A stretch of 64,000 nt of DNA from Thecamonas trahens ATCC 50062. Lineage: Eukaryota; Protista; Apusomonadida. Of the stretch, positions 47,376-56,101 are shown piece by piece. The DNA is taken from NCBI RefSeq assembly GCF_000142905.1, contig NW_013657641.1, positions 130,907-194,906 on the forward strand, given 5' to 3'. Numbering within the stretch: position 1 is the stretch's first letter; every line of letters begins with the position of its first letter. The notes beneath the pieces are model-generated. The model saw only the letters and a list, made by a program, of their open reading frames with translations, made no database searches and had not been told where the DNA came from. The position numbers and the translations under genes were made by a program.

Positions 47376-48815
47376 ATGTCGTCTGCGCAGGTTGCCACGG
47401 CGGTGGTCCTCGGCCTCATCGTCATCATCGGCTTTGTCATTCTCTGTCTCTGCGCCAAGCTCTGCTTCAAGGACGGCAACTATCGCAAGGGTGGCGTAGA
47501 TGTGCCCCGAAAGCCGACGCTGATTAGATATTGGAAGCACGAGCACTCGCTTCTTGGCGTGCTTTGGCAGAAGCCGCCGTATCCAACCAATCAGGTCGAG
47601 CTTGATCGCAAGCGCAAGGTCATGCTCCTCGCCCTCATGTTCTTCCTCAACTTTATGGTCATCGGCTTTATCTCGCTCTTCACGCCCTCGTTTCCGTCGT
47701 GTGCACAGGCGCGTGACGCCATGGAGAACGCGCGGCTCGACCGGGCCGGGCCCAACTACATCCCATTCCTGGTCGGCTACAACCGCGATCTGCGGTCGTA
47801 CCGTTACGACGACTCGGGCTCGGCAGCGTTCACAAAGTACAAGGCCCGGGCACAATCGGCCAACGTCGGCGTCGCCGAGGAGCGTCCGTGCTGGGAGTAT
47901 TGCCGGTCGGCCAACGCCACTGTTCCAACTCGCGACTTCATCTCACGGCTGCTCATTTTCTCGCGGACGCTGGTGGACAACCGGCTCGAGTGCGACCAGG
48001 TGCTCAACGACGCGCTCCGCTCGTCGCTCGTCTGCTACGACTACCGGTGGAAGGGTGATGACACCTGCGATTCGTCAATTCTTGTCTCGCTTTCGTCGAC
48101 CGAGTTCATTCTCCGCGGCATCCTTGTTGTCTTTGTCGTCCTCCCCATCGTTGTGGTCTACAAGCGGCTACTGCGATGCACAGAATCGGATCACACGCCT
48201 TGCATCGGGCAGTTCTTTGCCTACCCGTTCATCATCATCATTTTCGTCATTTCGTTCATCCTCGCCTGGGTCCTTGCCGTCTCGCTGCAAGGCGAGGTCG
48301 TGGGCGACTTTACCATCTCATTCCTCTTCTCGTTCCTTCTCTCACTCTTGTTCGAGTTCCCGAAACTTGGCTTCTTCTACATCATGTACAAGGGCAAGCG
48401 CCTCGAAAGGGTGTACCTCGAGGCTACTGGGCGGCACATGGAGAACGGCGTGCTGGTGGTCGACTCACTGACGTCGTCGTCGTCGGCGCAGTCGGTGTTT
48501 GATCTCGAGGCGTTTGAGGCCGACCACGGGAAGGTCAATGACAACGGCTCGGCCACCGTCGTCCTGCGCCAGGCTCCGGGCTTCCAATCGCCGTATGCAA
48601 ACAACCAGCAGCAGAGCCAGTACCGCCCGCCTCCGGGGCAGCCTTATGGGGCTCCCCCGGTCATGTCTCCCTATCCTGGCGCCGATCCCGGTTACGGCGC
48701 TGCGCCGCCTGGGGCTCCATACGGCGCCCCGCACCCGTATGCCGCCACAAGCGGCGCTTACGGCGCCCCGGTACCAGGCGCCCCGTACGGCGCCCCGATG
48801 TATGGCCGCCGCTGA
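47376..48815 (+). CDS. Multi-pass membrane protein with a Cys-containing luminal loop and a Pro/Gly/Tyr-rich tail
   Basis: About 5 hydrophobic segments; the HSLLGVL..PPYP....LDRKRK motif before TM2; PYGAP repeats at the C-terminus. Confidence 0.8.
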   Translation: MSSAQVATAVVLGLIVIIGFVILCLCAKLCFKDGNYRKGGVDVPRKPTLIRYWKHEHSLLGVLWQKPPYPTNQVELDRKRKVMLLALMFFLNFMVIGFISLFTPSFPSCAQARDAMENARLDRAGPNYIPFLVGYNRDLRSYRYDDSGSAAFTKYKARAQSANVGVAEERPCWEYCRSANATVPTRDFISRLLIFSRTLVDNRLECDQVLNDALRSSLVCYDYRWKGDDTCDSSILVSLSSTEFILRGILVVFVVLPIVVVYKRLLRCTESDHTPCIGQFFAYPFIIIIFVISFILAWVLAVSLQGEVVGDFTISFLFSFLLSLLFEFPKLGFFYIMYKGKRLERVYLEATGRHMENGVLVVDSLTSSSSAQSVFDLEAFEADHGKVNDNGSATVVLRQAPGFQSPYANNQQQSQYRPPPGQPYGAPPVMSPYPGADPGYGAAPPGAPYGAPHPYAATSGAYGAPVPGAPYGAPMYGRR

Positions 48816-48862
48816 CAGGCCACCCGCCACCTCTGCACATTGAACCCTGGCTAGTTTACGGA

Positions 48863-51800
48863 CTAGAACCGCTCGTCGTCGTCGACGTCTTCCTCATCGT
48901 AGTCATTGTCAGCAGCAGCAGGCGAAGGCTCTGCAAACGCAGACTCGAACGCAGGGAACGCTGCAAATGCGTCGTCGGTCGGGGGAAAGGCGGCGAACGT
49001 GTTGTCGGTTGGAGGGAAGGCCGAGAACGCGGCGGTCGCCGGGTTGTCTGAGACCGAAGCGTCGTCGGCTGGGGGGAAGGCCGAGAACGCGGCGGTCGCC
49101 GGGTTGTCTGAGACCGAAGCGTCGTCGGCTGGGGGGAAGGCCGAGAACGCGGCGGTCGCCGGGTTGTCTGAGACCGAAGCGTCGTCGGCTGGGGGGAAGG
49201 CCGAGAACGTGGCGGTCGCCGGGTTGTCTGAGACCGAAGCGTCGTCGAAGGCCGAGAACGCGGCGGTCGCCGGGTTGTCTGAGACCGAAGCGTCGTCGGC
49301 TGGGGGGAAGGCCGAGAACGCGGCGGTCGCCGGGTTGTCTGAGACCGAAGCGTCGTCGGCTGGGGGGAAGGCCGAGAACGCGGCGGTCGCCGGGTTGTCT
49401 GAGACCGAAGCGTCGTCGGCTGGGGGGAAGGCCGAGAACGCGGCGGTCGCCGGGTTGTCTGAGACCGAAGCGTCGTCGGCTGAAGGGAAGGCCGAGAACG
49501 CGGCGGTGGCCGGATCGGCCAAAGGAAAGGTGGAGGTGGTGGCAGTTGTGGCATCATCCTGATCCGTCGCAAGAGCATCACCGTCGACCTCAGCGTGACC
49601 GCCCAACAGACCGTCTTCTTTCAGGTGCAAAGCGAGATCAGAGGGGGCAGAGACGTCGGACAAGGGCGTGACCGCAGTGGCGGCATCTACAGTCGTCGAG
49701 GTGTCAAACATCGCCAGCGGCAAGGAGAGGAACTGCGACGACATGAAAGACAAATCTGGAATGGCTTCCAGAAGTGCCTCGGCTTCGCTGGATAGCTTCT
49801 TGCCTGTCATTCCAAGCAGCCAGTCCGGGAGCGCAGAAGAGGAAGCGGGGCCTGTCGCCGCCGGCTGCGCCACAGGTGCGCTCAAGCTGTCGGTGGTGTC
49901 GCCGCCTGGAGCTGGAAGACCAAACGATGCAAGGGTGTCGGTGAGCCATGAGCTTCCGCCAGTCGAACCGCTGGCTGCGGCGCTTTCAAGACTTGACACC
50001 TTGCTAGCAGAGACAGACTCAAAGATGGAGACATCAAACTCGATGCCGGCCGATCCAACACCGCCTGTCGGTGTAGAGACTCCAGACGAGAGGCCCGAAT
50101 CGAAAGATCCAGGCTTGGCAGCCATCGGCGAGCTACGCCCCGAGCTCCCGGACGTGCCAGCCGACTCGGCAACCGGCGACGCCGGCGGCGACACCGAAAA
50201 GTCCGACGAGGCACGGGTCGGTTTGAGCGGCGTCAGGTGGTGCATCGGCGCCTTGGCCTGCATGGCAATTTTGTCCAGTGATGGAAGGTGATACGACGCC
50301 AGCATGGTCTGGTAGCAGAACGAGACTTCAAACATGCGCTTGCCGGTCGGCCGAACGCGCGCCTCGCCCGACAGCTTAGCCAGCAGCTCTGCGGCCTCGC
50401 TTCCATCTGTGAGCTCCTCCTTGTACGTATCCGTAGCCGCGACAGCATCGCCCGCTGCCATGTCCGGGAACATGCCTTCAACAAGACGCTCCACTGCGTT
50501 CAGCCGATCCTCGCCGGTGCTCGCGGCTGGCGGCTGGGCTTGTGGCGCTGTGTCAAACGCAGGAAACGTCACAGCCGGCAAGTCGGCGTCAGCCGCAAAA
50601 TCGCCAAACCCGGTGTCCGCAGCAGCACTCGGCTCGCCAAACGCCTCAAACGAGCCGAAGCCGTCAGCATCGGAAGCTGGATTCTCAAATGTCGTTGGGA
50701 ACGTGCCAAAGTCGGCCGACTCTCCCGTCGGCCCAAAGTTGGCCTCGAACCCGCCAAAGCCATCGTCCGCGGGATTGGCCGGGTCCGCAGCATCGGTGGG
50801 GTCGGTAGAGGAAAAGTTGGCCTCGAACCCGCCAAAGCCGTCGTCCGCGGGCTCGTCAAAGTTGGCCTCGAAACCGACCAAAGCAGGCTCCGCCGAGGTC
50901 GGCTCCGCGGGATCGGCCGGATCCGCAGCATCGGTGGGGTCGGCAGAGGAAAAGTTGGCCTCGAACCCGCCAAAGCCGTCGTCCGCGGGCTCGTCAAAGT
51001 TGGCCTCGAAACCGACCAAAGCAGGCTCCGCCGAGGTCGGCTCCGCGGGATCGGCCGGATCCGCAGCATCGGTGGGGTCGGCAGAGGAAAAGTTGGCCTC
51101 GAACCCGCCAAAGCCGTCGTCCGCGGGCTCGTCAAAGTTGGCCTCGAAACCGACCAAAGCAGGCTCCGCCGAGGTCGGCTCCGCGGGATCGGCCGGATCC
51201 GCAGCATCGGTGGGGTCGGCAGAGGAAAAGTTGGCCTCGAACCCGCCAAAGCCGTCGTCCGCGGGCTCGTCAAAGTTGGCCTCGAAACCGACCAAAGCAG
51301 GCTCCGCCGAGGTCGGCTCCGCGGGATCGGCCGGATCCGCAGCATCGGTGGGGTCGGCAGAGGAAAAGTTGGCCTCGAACCCGCCAAAGCCGTCGTCCGC
51401 GGGCTCGTCAAAGTTGGCCTCGAAACCGCCCAAAGCAGGCTCCGCCGAGGTCGGCTCCGCGGGATCGGCCGGATCCGCAGCATCGGTGGAGTCGGCAGAG
51501 GAAAAGTTGGCCTCGAACCCGCCAAAGCCGTTGTCAATAGGCTCGGCAAAATCGGACACACAACCACTCGAAGTAATCGCCTCGGAATCGGCAGCAGTAC
51601 TGGCCTGGTTGGCCGACACTCCCTCGGCGTCAGTCACAGATGTCTCGCCAGCCATTCGTAATAACTCGCTTCCCTTAGGCAAGTCCGAATCCGCAGCAAC
51701 AACCGGAGCAGACGGATGAGCAAAAGCATGGCAAGACGAGTCTACCGTCAGAGGCGAGGCCTGGCTGGGAATGCTGTCGAGAGACGCAACAGATGCTCCA

Positions 51801-53017
51801 TCATCGACAGGGGGTTGGTCGAGCTCGGCAGCTGATTCGCTGCCAAAGACAGAGCTGGAGGTGGCCACAGCGGGCGTGACCGGAGCCGACGGGTGTAGGA
51901 ACGCGTGAAAGGCAGGGTCAAGTGCCTCAGCAGGAGCAAACACAGCCTCTTCTTCGCAAGAAATGGGAGAGCGCGCGACAGCTCCAACCGGAGTGGTGGC
52001 CGACAGAGGAGCGTCAAAGGCAGCAAACGACGGTGAGACGGACGCACTGGTGGGCTCTGCTCGGGCAAGAGAGAGTGCGGGGAGCTTATCTAGCCCTCTG
52101 CGCCTTGGCTCTGTCTCTCCATCGGACTCGACTGCGAGAGCAGCGTCAGAGGCTGGCGCAGCATCAAACGCCGCAAACGCAGGCGACTCGGGCCCTGTCT
52201 CGCCCTCGCCAACTGGCGCAGCATCAAACGCCGCAAACGCAGGCGACTCGGCCCCAGTCTCGCCCTCGCCACCCGGTGCAACTTCAAACGCCGCAAACGC
52301 AGGCGACTCGGCCCCAGTCTCGCCTTCACCACCCGGCGAAACATCAAACGCCGCAAACGCAGGCGACTCGGGCCCAGTCTCGCCCTCGCCACCCGGTGCA
52401 ACTTCAAACGCCGCAAACGCAGGCGACTCGGGCCCAGTCTCGCCCTCGCCACCCGGTGCAACTTCAAACGCCGCAAACGCAGGCGACTCGGCCCCAGTCT
52501 CGCCCTCGCCACCCGGCGCAGCATCAAACGCTCCAAAGCCAGGCGACTCGGCCCCAGTCTCGCCCTCGCCACCCGGCGAAACATCAAACGCCGCAAACGC
52601 AGACGCCTCGGGCCCAGTCTCGCCTTCACCACCCGGCGCAGCTTCAAACGCTCCAAAGCCAGACGATCCGGTCCCCGACACTGCCGACGCCGACGCATGA
52701 CGAGCAGGCGCAGGTGGCACACCCGAGGCAGTCGACACAGGCACCGCCGCGTCGTCCCCCCGAGCGTCCCCACCAGCTTCAGCCTGGTACTCCCCAAAGG
52801 GAGCAAAGTCAGCAAAAGCATGTCCATTCCCCTGGCCATCGGCCGAGCTATGCCCCGACTGTGCAGGAGGAGAGGCAGCCCACGCACCATCTTGGTCGCC
52901 AGCACCACTGCCACCACCGCCTGCGCCTGCCGCTGCCCACGCCCAACCCTCTCCAGACCCAGCATCCGTAGTGGACTCCTGAAAGACCCCAAAGTCAGCA
53001 AACCCGTCCTCCGCCAT
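48863..53017 (-). CDS. AFTPH: Aftiphilin-like AP-1 accessory protein with expanded FxxF repeats
   Basis: Many gamma-ear-type motifs (DGFADFGVF, DDGFGGF, FAAF). LSSEAEALLEAIPDLSFMSSQFLSLP matches the aftiphilin C-terminal LPDL(S/T)FM signature as I recall it. Confidence 0.7.
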   Translation of the reverse strand: MAEDGFADFGVFQESTTDAGSGEGWAWAAAGAGGGGSGAGDQDGAWAASPPAQSGHSSADGQGNGHAFADFAPFGEYQAEAGGDARGDDAAVPVSTASGVPPAPARHASASAVSGTGSSGFGAFEAAPGGEGETGPEASAFAAFDVSPGGEGETGAESPGFGAFDAAPGGEGETGAESPAFAAFEVAPGGEGETGPESPAFAAFEVAPGGEGETGPESPAFAAFDVSPGGEGETGAESPAFAAFEVAPGGEGETGAESPAFAAFDAAPVGEGETGPESPAFAAFDAAPASDAALAVESDGETEPRRRGLDKLPALSLARAEPTSASVSPSFAAFDAPLSATTPVGAVARSPISCEEEAVFAPAEALDPAFHAFLHPSAPVTPAVATSSSVFGSESAAELDQPPVDDGASVASLDSIPSQASPLTVDSSCHAFAHPSAPVVAADSDLPKGSELLRMAGETSVTDAEGVSANQASTAADSEAITSSGCVSDFAEPIDNGFGGFEANFSSADSTDAADPADPAEPTSAEPALGGFEANFDEPADDGFGGFEANFSSADPTDAADPADPAEPTSAEPALVGFEANFDEPADDGFGGFEANFSSADPTDAADPADPAEPTSAEPALVGFEANFDEPADDGFGGFEANFSSADPTDAADPADPAEPTSAEPALVGFEANFDEPADDGFGGFEANFSSADPTDAADPADPAEPTSAEPALVGFEANFDEPADDGFGGFEANFSSTDPTDAADPANPADDGFGGFEANFGPTGESADFGTFPTTFENPASDADGFGSFEAFGEPSAAADTGFGDFAADADLPAVTFPAFDTAPQAQPPAASTGEDRLNAVERLVEGMFPDMAAGDAVAATDTYKEELTDGSEAAELLAKLSGEARVRPTGKRMFEVSFCYQTMLASYHLPSLDKIAMQAKAPMHHLTPLKPTRASSDFSVSPPASPVAESAGTSGSSGRSSPMAAKPGSFDSGLSSGVSTPTGGVGSAGIEFDVSIFESVSASKVSSLESAAASGSTGGSSWLTDTLASFGLPAPGGDTTDSLSAPVAQPAATGPASSSALPDWLLGMTGKKLSSEAEALLEAIPDLSFMSSQFLSLPLAMFDTSTTVDAATAVTPLSDVSAPSDLALHLKEDGLLGGHAEVDGDALATDQDDATTATTSTFPLADPATAAFSAFPSADDASVSDNPATAAFSAFPPADDASVSDNPATAAFSAFPPADDASVSDNPATAAFSAFPPADDASVSDNPATAAFSAFDDASVSDNPATATFSAFPPADDASVSDNPATAAFSAFPPADDASVSDNPATAAFSAFPPADDASVSDNPATAAFSAFPPTDNTFAAFPPTDDAFAAFPAFESAFAEPSPAAADNDYDEEDVDDDERF
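49015..49510. repeat. 60-bp coding tandem repeat (about 8 copies; PADDASVSDNPATAAFSAFP)
   Basis: Near-identical units at a 60-bp period; one copy is 9 bp shorter. Confidence 0.95.
50740..51530. repeat. 138-bp coding tandem repeat (about 5.5 copies; 46 aa DDGFGGFEANF...)
   Basis: GAAAAGTTGG recurs at 50811, 50949, 51087, 51225, 51363 and 51501. Confidence 0.95.
52155..52660. repeat. 60-bp coding tandem repeat (about 8 copies; PGGEGETGAESPAFAAFEVA)
   Basis: Seen directly at a 60-bp period. Confidence 0.95.
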
Positions 53018-53149
53018 CTCTCCTCGCCACCCTACTAGGCTGCAGTCAAGTGTGCGGGTGCGAAGCCCCCCCCCTTCCCCTCGCCCTTCCCTCCCCCCCT
53101 CCCCGTGCGACCTGATCACCGCCTCCCCTCCCTCCACCTGACGCACACC

Positions 53150-54076
53150 ATGCTGGCCTCCGCCCTGGCAGCCAGCCTAGTAGCAGTCTTTGTTGCCGTG
53201 GTGGTGGGCACAGGAGCCCGCTACGAGTACGGCCTCAAGCCTGGGCGGCCGCATGTCTTTGCCCTCTACTCGCCGCTGAGACTGGCTCTGGGCTTGGTGG
53301 CCACTGGTGTGGCGGCCATGGCCATGACGGCCGCTACGGCAGCGGCGGCCATGGCCACCACACAGTATCCGCTCGCCTTTCCCTCCATCCTCTACTCGGC
53401 TACACCCTTCTCCTTCTGTGGGCCCCGCGGATGGCTCTCTGTCCTCTCCCTGGCTCTCGGCGCATCGTCTGCTGCTCTCGTCGCATCCGCCTTTGCTCCT
53501 CGCCCCCTCCTGGTCCCAGATCTGCTGGCCACGGCCCTGCTCCTGCACGCTCTGCTCGTCACGGCTGCCGATCGCGCCTTTCCGGCCAACATCGCATACT
53601 GGGTGGCGCTTTGCGGTGGCCTCGCCGTTGGTGCCATCCTCGGTACCATTGTCAACTACCGCATCGGCGCTATGGAGTACCGCTCCGACGTCCGTGTTCC
53701 GCCGCCACGCCCGCAGCTTGCTCTCTCGCTCGAGCTTCCGTCGCCAACGCCATCGGCGTCGCCCGTCACTGCCAACGACGGCGATTCGTCCGCCTCAGAC
53801 CACTCCGGCCTCGCTCATTCGCGCGACTCTTCGCTCAGCCTCAACGCCATCGAGCTGGATCTCCTCTCGCCGCTCCCTCCCTCGCCACCGCCACCACCAC
53901 CGCCACCGCCCCTCACCTCGCCCTCACCCTCCCGCCGCGCGTCGACTCTCTCAAACCTCTCGGTCACCTCGGCCCACTCGGCCCACTCGGCCCAATCCGC
54001 TCGCTCCACCTCGGAAGACTCGTCGTCGTCGTGGTTTGCCGCCTCCCCATCGCCGTCCCCCCGTCCATCATCATGA
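53150..54076 (+). CDS. SYS1-like Golgi integral membrane protein with a Ser/Pro-rich tail
   Basis: TM pattern plus D..AT..LLH, FP.N..YW and LG motifs resembling SYS1; divergent. Confidence 0.55.
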   Translation: MLASALAASLVAVFVAVVVGTGARYEYGLKPGRPHVFALYSPLRLALGLVATGVAAMAMTAATAAAAMATTQYPLAFPSILYSATPFSFCGPRGWLSVLSLALGASSAALVASAFAPRPLLVPDLLATALLLHALLVTAADRAFPANIAYWVALCGGLAVGAILGTIVNYRIGAMEYRSDVRVPPPRPQLALSLELPSPTPSASPVTANDGDSSASDHSGLAHSRDSSLSLNAIELDLLSPLPPSPPPPPPPPPLTSPSPSRRASTLSNLSVTSAHSAHSAQSARSTSEDSSSSWFAASPSPSPRPSS

Positions 54077-54187
54077 CACACCCTTCGCCATCCACCTCCC
54101 CCTCCCCCTCCCCCCCTCCCCAATCCCAGACCACCCATCACACCAGCCCTGCCTTTATCCGCGTTCGGCCTAACACTACTCGCCACA

Positions 54188-56068
54188 ATGGACGATCTTA
54201 AACGCCGCCGGCGCGAGTCGTCGCTGGATCCCACCACCGCCAGCAAGCGCAGCCGCGGGCTGGACGTTAGTAGCACAGCTGCAGCTGCTTCACACGCCAT
54301 CAACCAGGATGAGACGACAGCAGGAGGTCCTCCGCCGCCAGTGGCTGGCTCTGCCGCACCTCCTCCCGCCGAGGCTGCAGCCGTGCCGGGTAGCCCGCCC
54401 CTCGCCCCGGCTGGCTACCACCCGGCCCCATCCACCCGCGACGGGCCGGTCGAGTACCTCGCCACCTATGCCCTGGGCCCCCGGACCGCCATTACCCTTG
54501 CCGCCCTCCACCCTGCCAACCCGGACATGCCGCCCACTCCATTTGCCGTCTGCCGTCATATTGTTGCTGTCGCTGTTCTCCGTGGCGCCGTCGACGTCCT
54601 CGGTGCTACCCTCACCTCTGCCTCTGGCTGGCGTGTCGTCTGGTCGCAAACCTGCCACGGCACGGCCCCGCTGCAGCCGACGGCTGTGCCCGATCCGGCC
54701 CTCATCTCACCGTTGCCGCCCGATCCATGGCTTGACGCCTTCCCCATCAACCTGCCTGACCCGGACTCGGTCGCCGGCTCGATTGTGTCGGACGCCCCCA
54801 CCGTCATCGCCTTTGTACCCGTCCCGCACGAGATGCTTCCGCCGTACATGATGACCCTCATGCGTGCCGATGTGACGGACATGGATGCGTCGGCAGGAGT
54901 GAGCGCCGCCGTCATGGGCGCCGATCCCCATGGCCCGCCCATCGCCTGCCTACCCGGCTGGCGCGAGGCCATGGACGGCGTCATTGCCGACGCCTCGCCG
55001 CCACGGGTCTTGGTCATGGGCAGCCAAGGGGCCGGCAAGTCGACATTTGTCAGCCTCATGACCAACAGGCTCTTGGCCCACCATCCTGCTGTTGCTATTG
55101 TCGACTACGACGTCGGCCAGCCGCTGCTCAATGTTCCCGGCACAGTGTCAGTCACCCTGGTGGGACGCCCGCTGCTGGGCCCCGCCGGTATCGAGATGCA
55201 TGCTCAGCTGGCGTCGCGAGCCTTCTTTGCAGGCTTTGTCTCGGCGTCCAAGAGCCCGACCCACCTCGTGCGCTGCATCGAGTGGGCGATCCGCGCTCTG
55301 CCCACTCTCCTCGACGACGCCGGCCTTTCCGCCGCGGACGTGCCGGTCGTCACCAACTCGTTCGGCTGGGCAACTTCGCTCGGCCTCCAGATCTCATCGG
55401 TTGCCCTTGGCCTCCTGCACCCCTCCGCCGTTGTGTATCTCACCGCCAATCCCTGTGAGGTCTCGTTTCCCGACCACGGCCCGCCGGTGGTCCGCGTGCC
55501 GTCGCGGCCTGTCCGCATGGTCACCCCGCCGGCGCCCCTCCTGGACGCGATTGGTATCGACGACTTGACCATGCCCGACGTGCCAACCTGGTGGATCCCT
55601 CCAGCCCGCAGCGTTGTCAAGCGCAACGCCCGCGCCCGCCGCGACGAGCGCTGGATTGGATACTTTGGCTCAGCCGGCGCCGAGCTCGCCGAGGCTGTCC
55701 CGTACCGCGTCCCTCTCAGCGCCCTCCACATTGTCTCAACTCTGCACTATATTCCGCCAGAGCATGTCGGCAAAGTCCTCCTCAACTCGCTCGTCGGTCT
55801 CGCCACCTCGCCGTCTGCCGCCGACCATCTCGGCTTTGGCATTGTTCGTGGCATCTCAGACGACGGTCTCGATCTGTTTATCATCACCCCGGTTGAGCCG
55901 CGACTTCTCAACGACGTCAACACTCTGCTCTTTGCCACCAGCACGCTCCCAGCCGACTTTATCCGCGCCTCGACGGCACTCGGGCGGATGCCGTTCAGCC
56001 TCGCCGACAACGTGGCCAAGACCAAGACTGGTGGCGCTGCCATGCACTCGGCTTTCCGCCGCCGGTAA
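54188..56068 (+). CDS. NOL9: Polynucleotide 5'-kinase NOL9/Grc3
   Basis: VLVMGSQGAGKSTF, DYDVGQP...PGTVS, VVTNSFGW and GFGIVRGI...LFIITPV. Confidence 0.9.
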   Translation: MDDLKRRRRESSLDPTTASKRSRGLDVSSTAAAASHAINQDETTAGGPPPPVAGSAAPPPAEAAAVPGSPPLAPAGYHPAPSTRDGPVEYLATYALGPRTAITLAALHPANPDMPPTPFAVCRHIVAVAVLRGAVDVLGATLTSASGWRVVWSQTCHGTAPLQPTAVPDPALISPLPPDPWLDAFPINLPDPDSVAGSIVSDAPTVIAFVPVPHEMLPPYMMTLMRADVTDMDASAGVSAAVMGADPHGPPIACLPGWREAMDGVIADASPPRVLVMGSQGAGKSTFVSLMTNRLLAHHPAVAIVDYDVGQPLLNVPGTVSVTLVGRPLLGPAGIEMHAQLASRAFFAGFVSASKSPTHLVRCIEWAIRALPTLLDDAGLSAADVPVVTNSFGWATSLGLQISSVALGLLHPSAVVYLTANPCEVSFPDHGPPVVRVPSRPVRMVTPPAPLLDAIGIDDLTMPDVPTWWIPPARSVVKRNARARRDERWIGYFGSAGAELAEAVPYRVPLSALHIVSTLHYIPPEHVGKVLLNSLVGLATSPSAADHLGFGIVRGISDDGLDLFIITPVEPRLLNDVNTLLFATSTLPADFIRASTALGRMPFSLADNVAKTKTGGAAMHSAFRRR

Positions 56069-56101
56069 AAAACTGCTTCACATGCCGCGCCGCTGCTTCC
56101 C

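Noticed and set aside
48990-52660. Tandem repeats as a CRISPR array or mobile element
   Set aside because: The units are contiguous, in-frame multiples of 3, have no unique spacers and lie inside a CDS.
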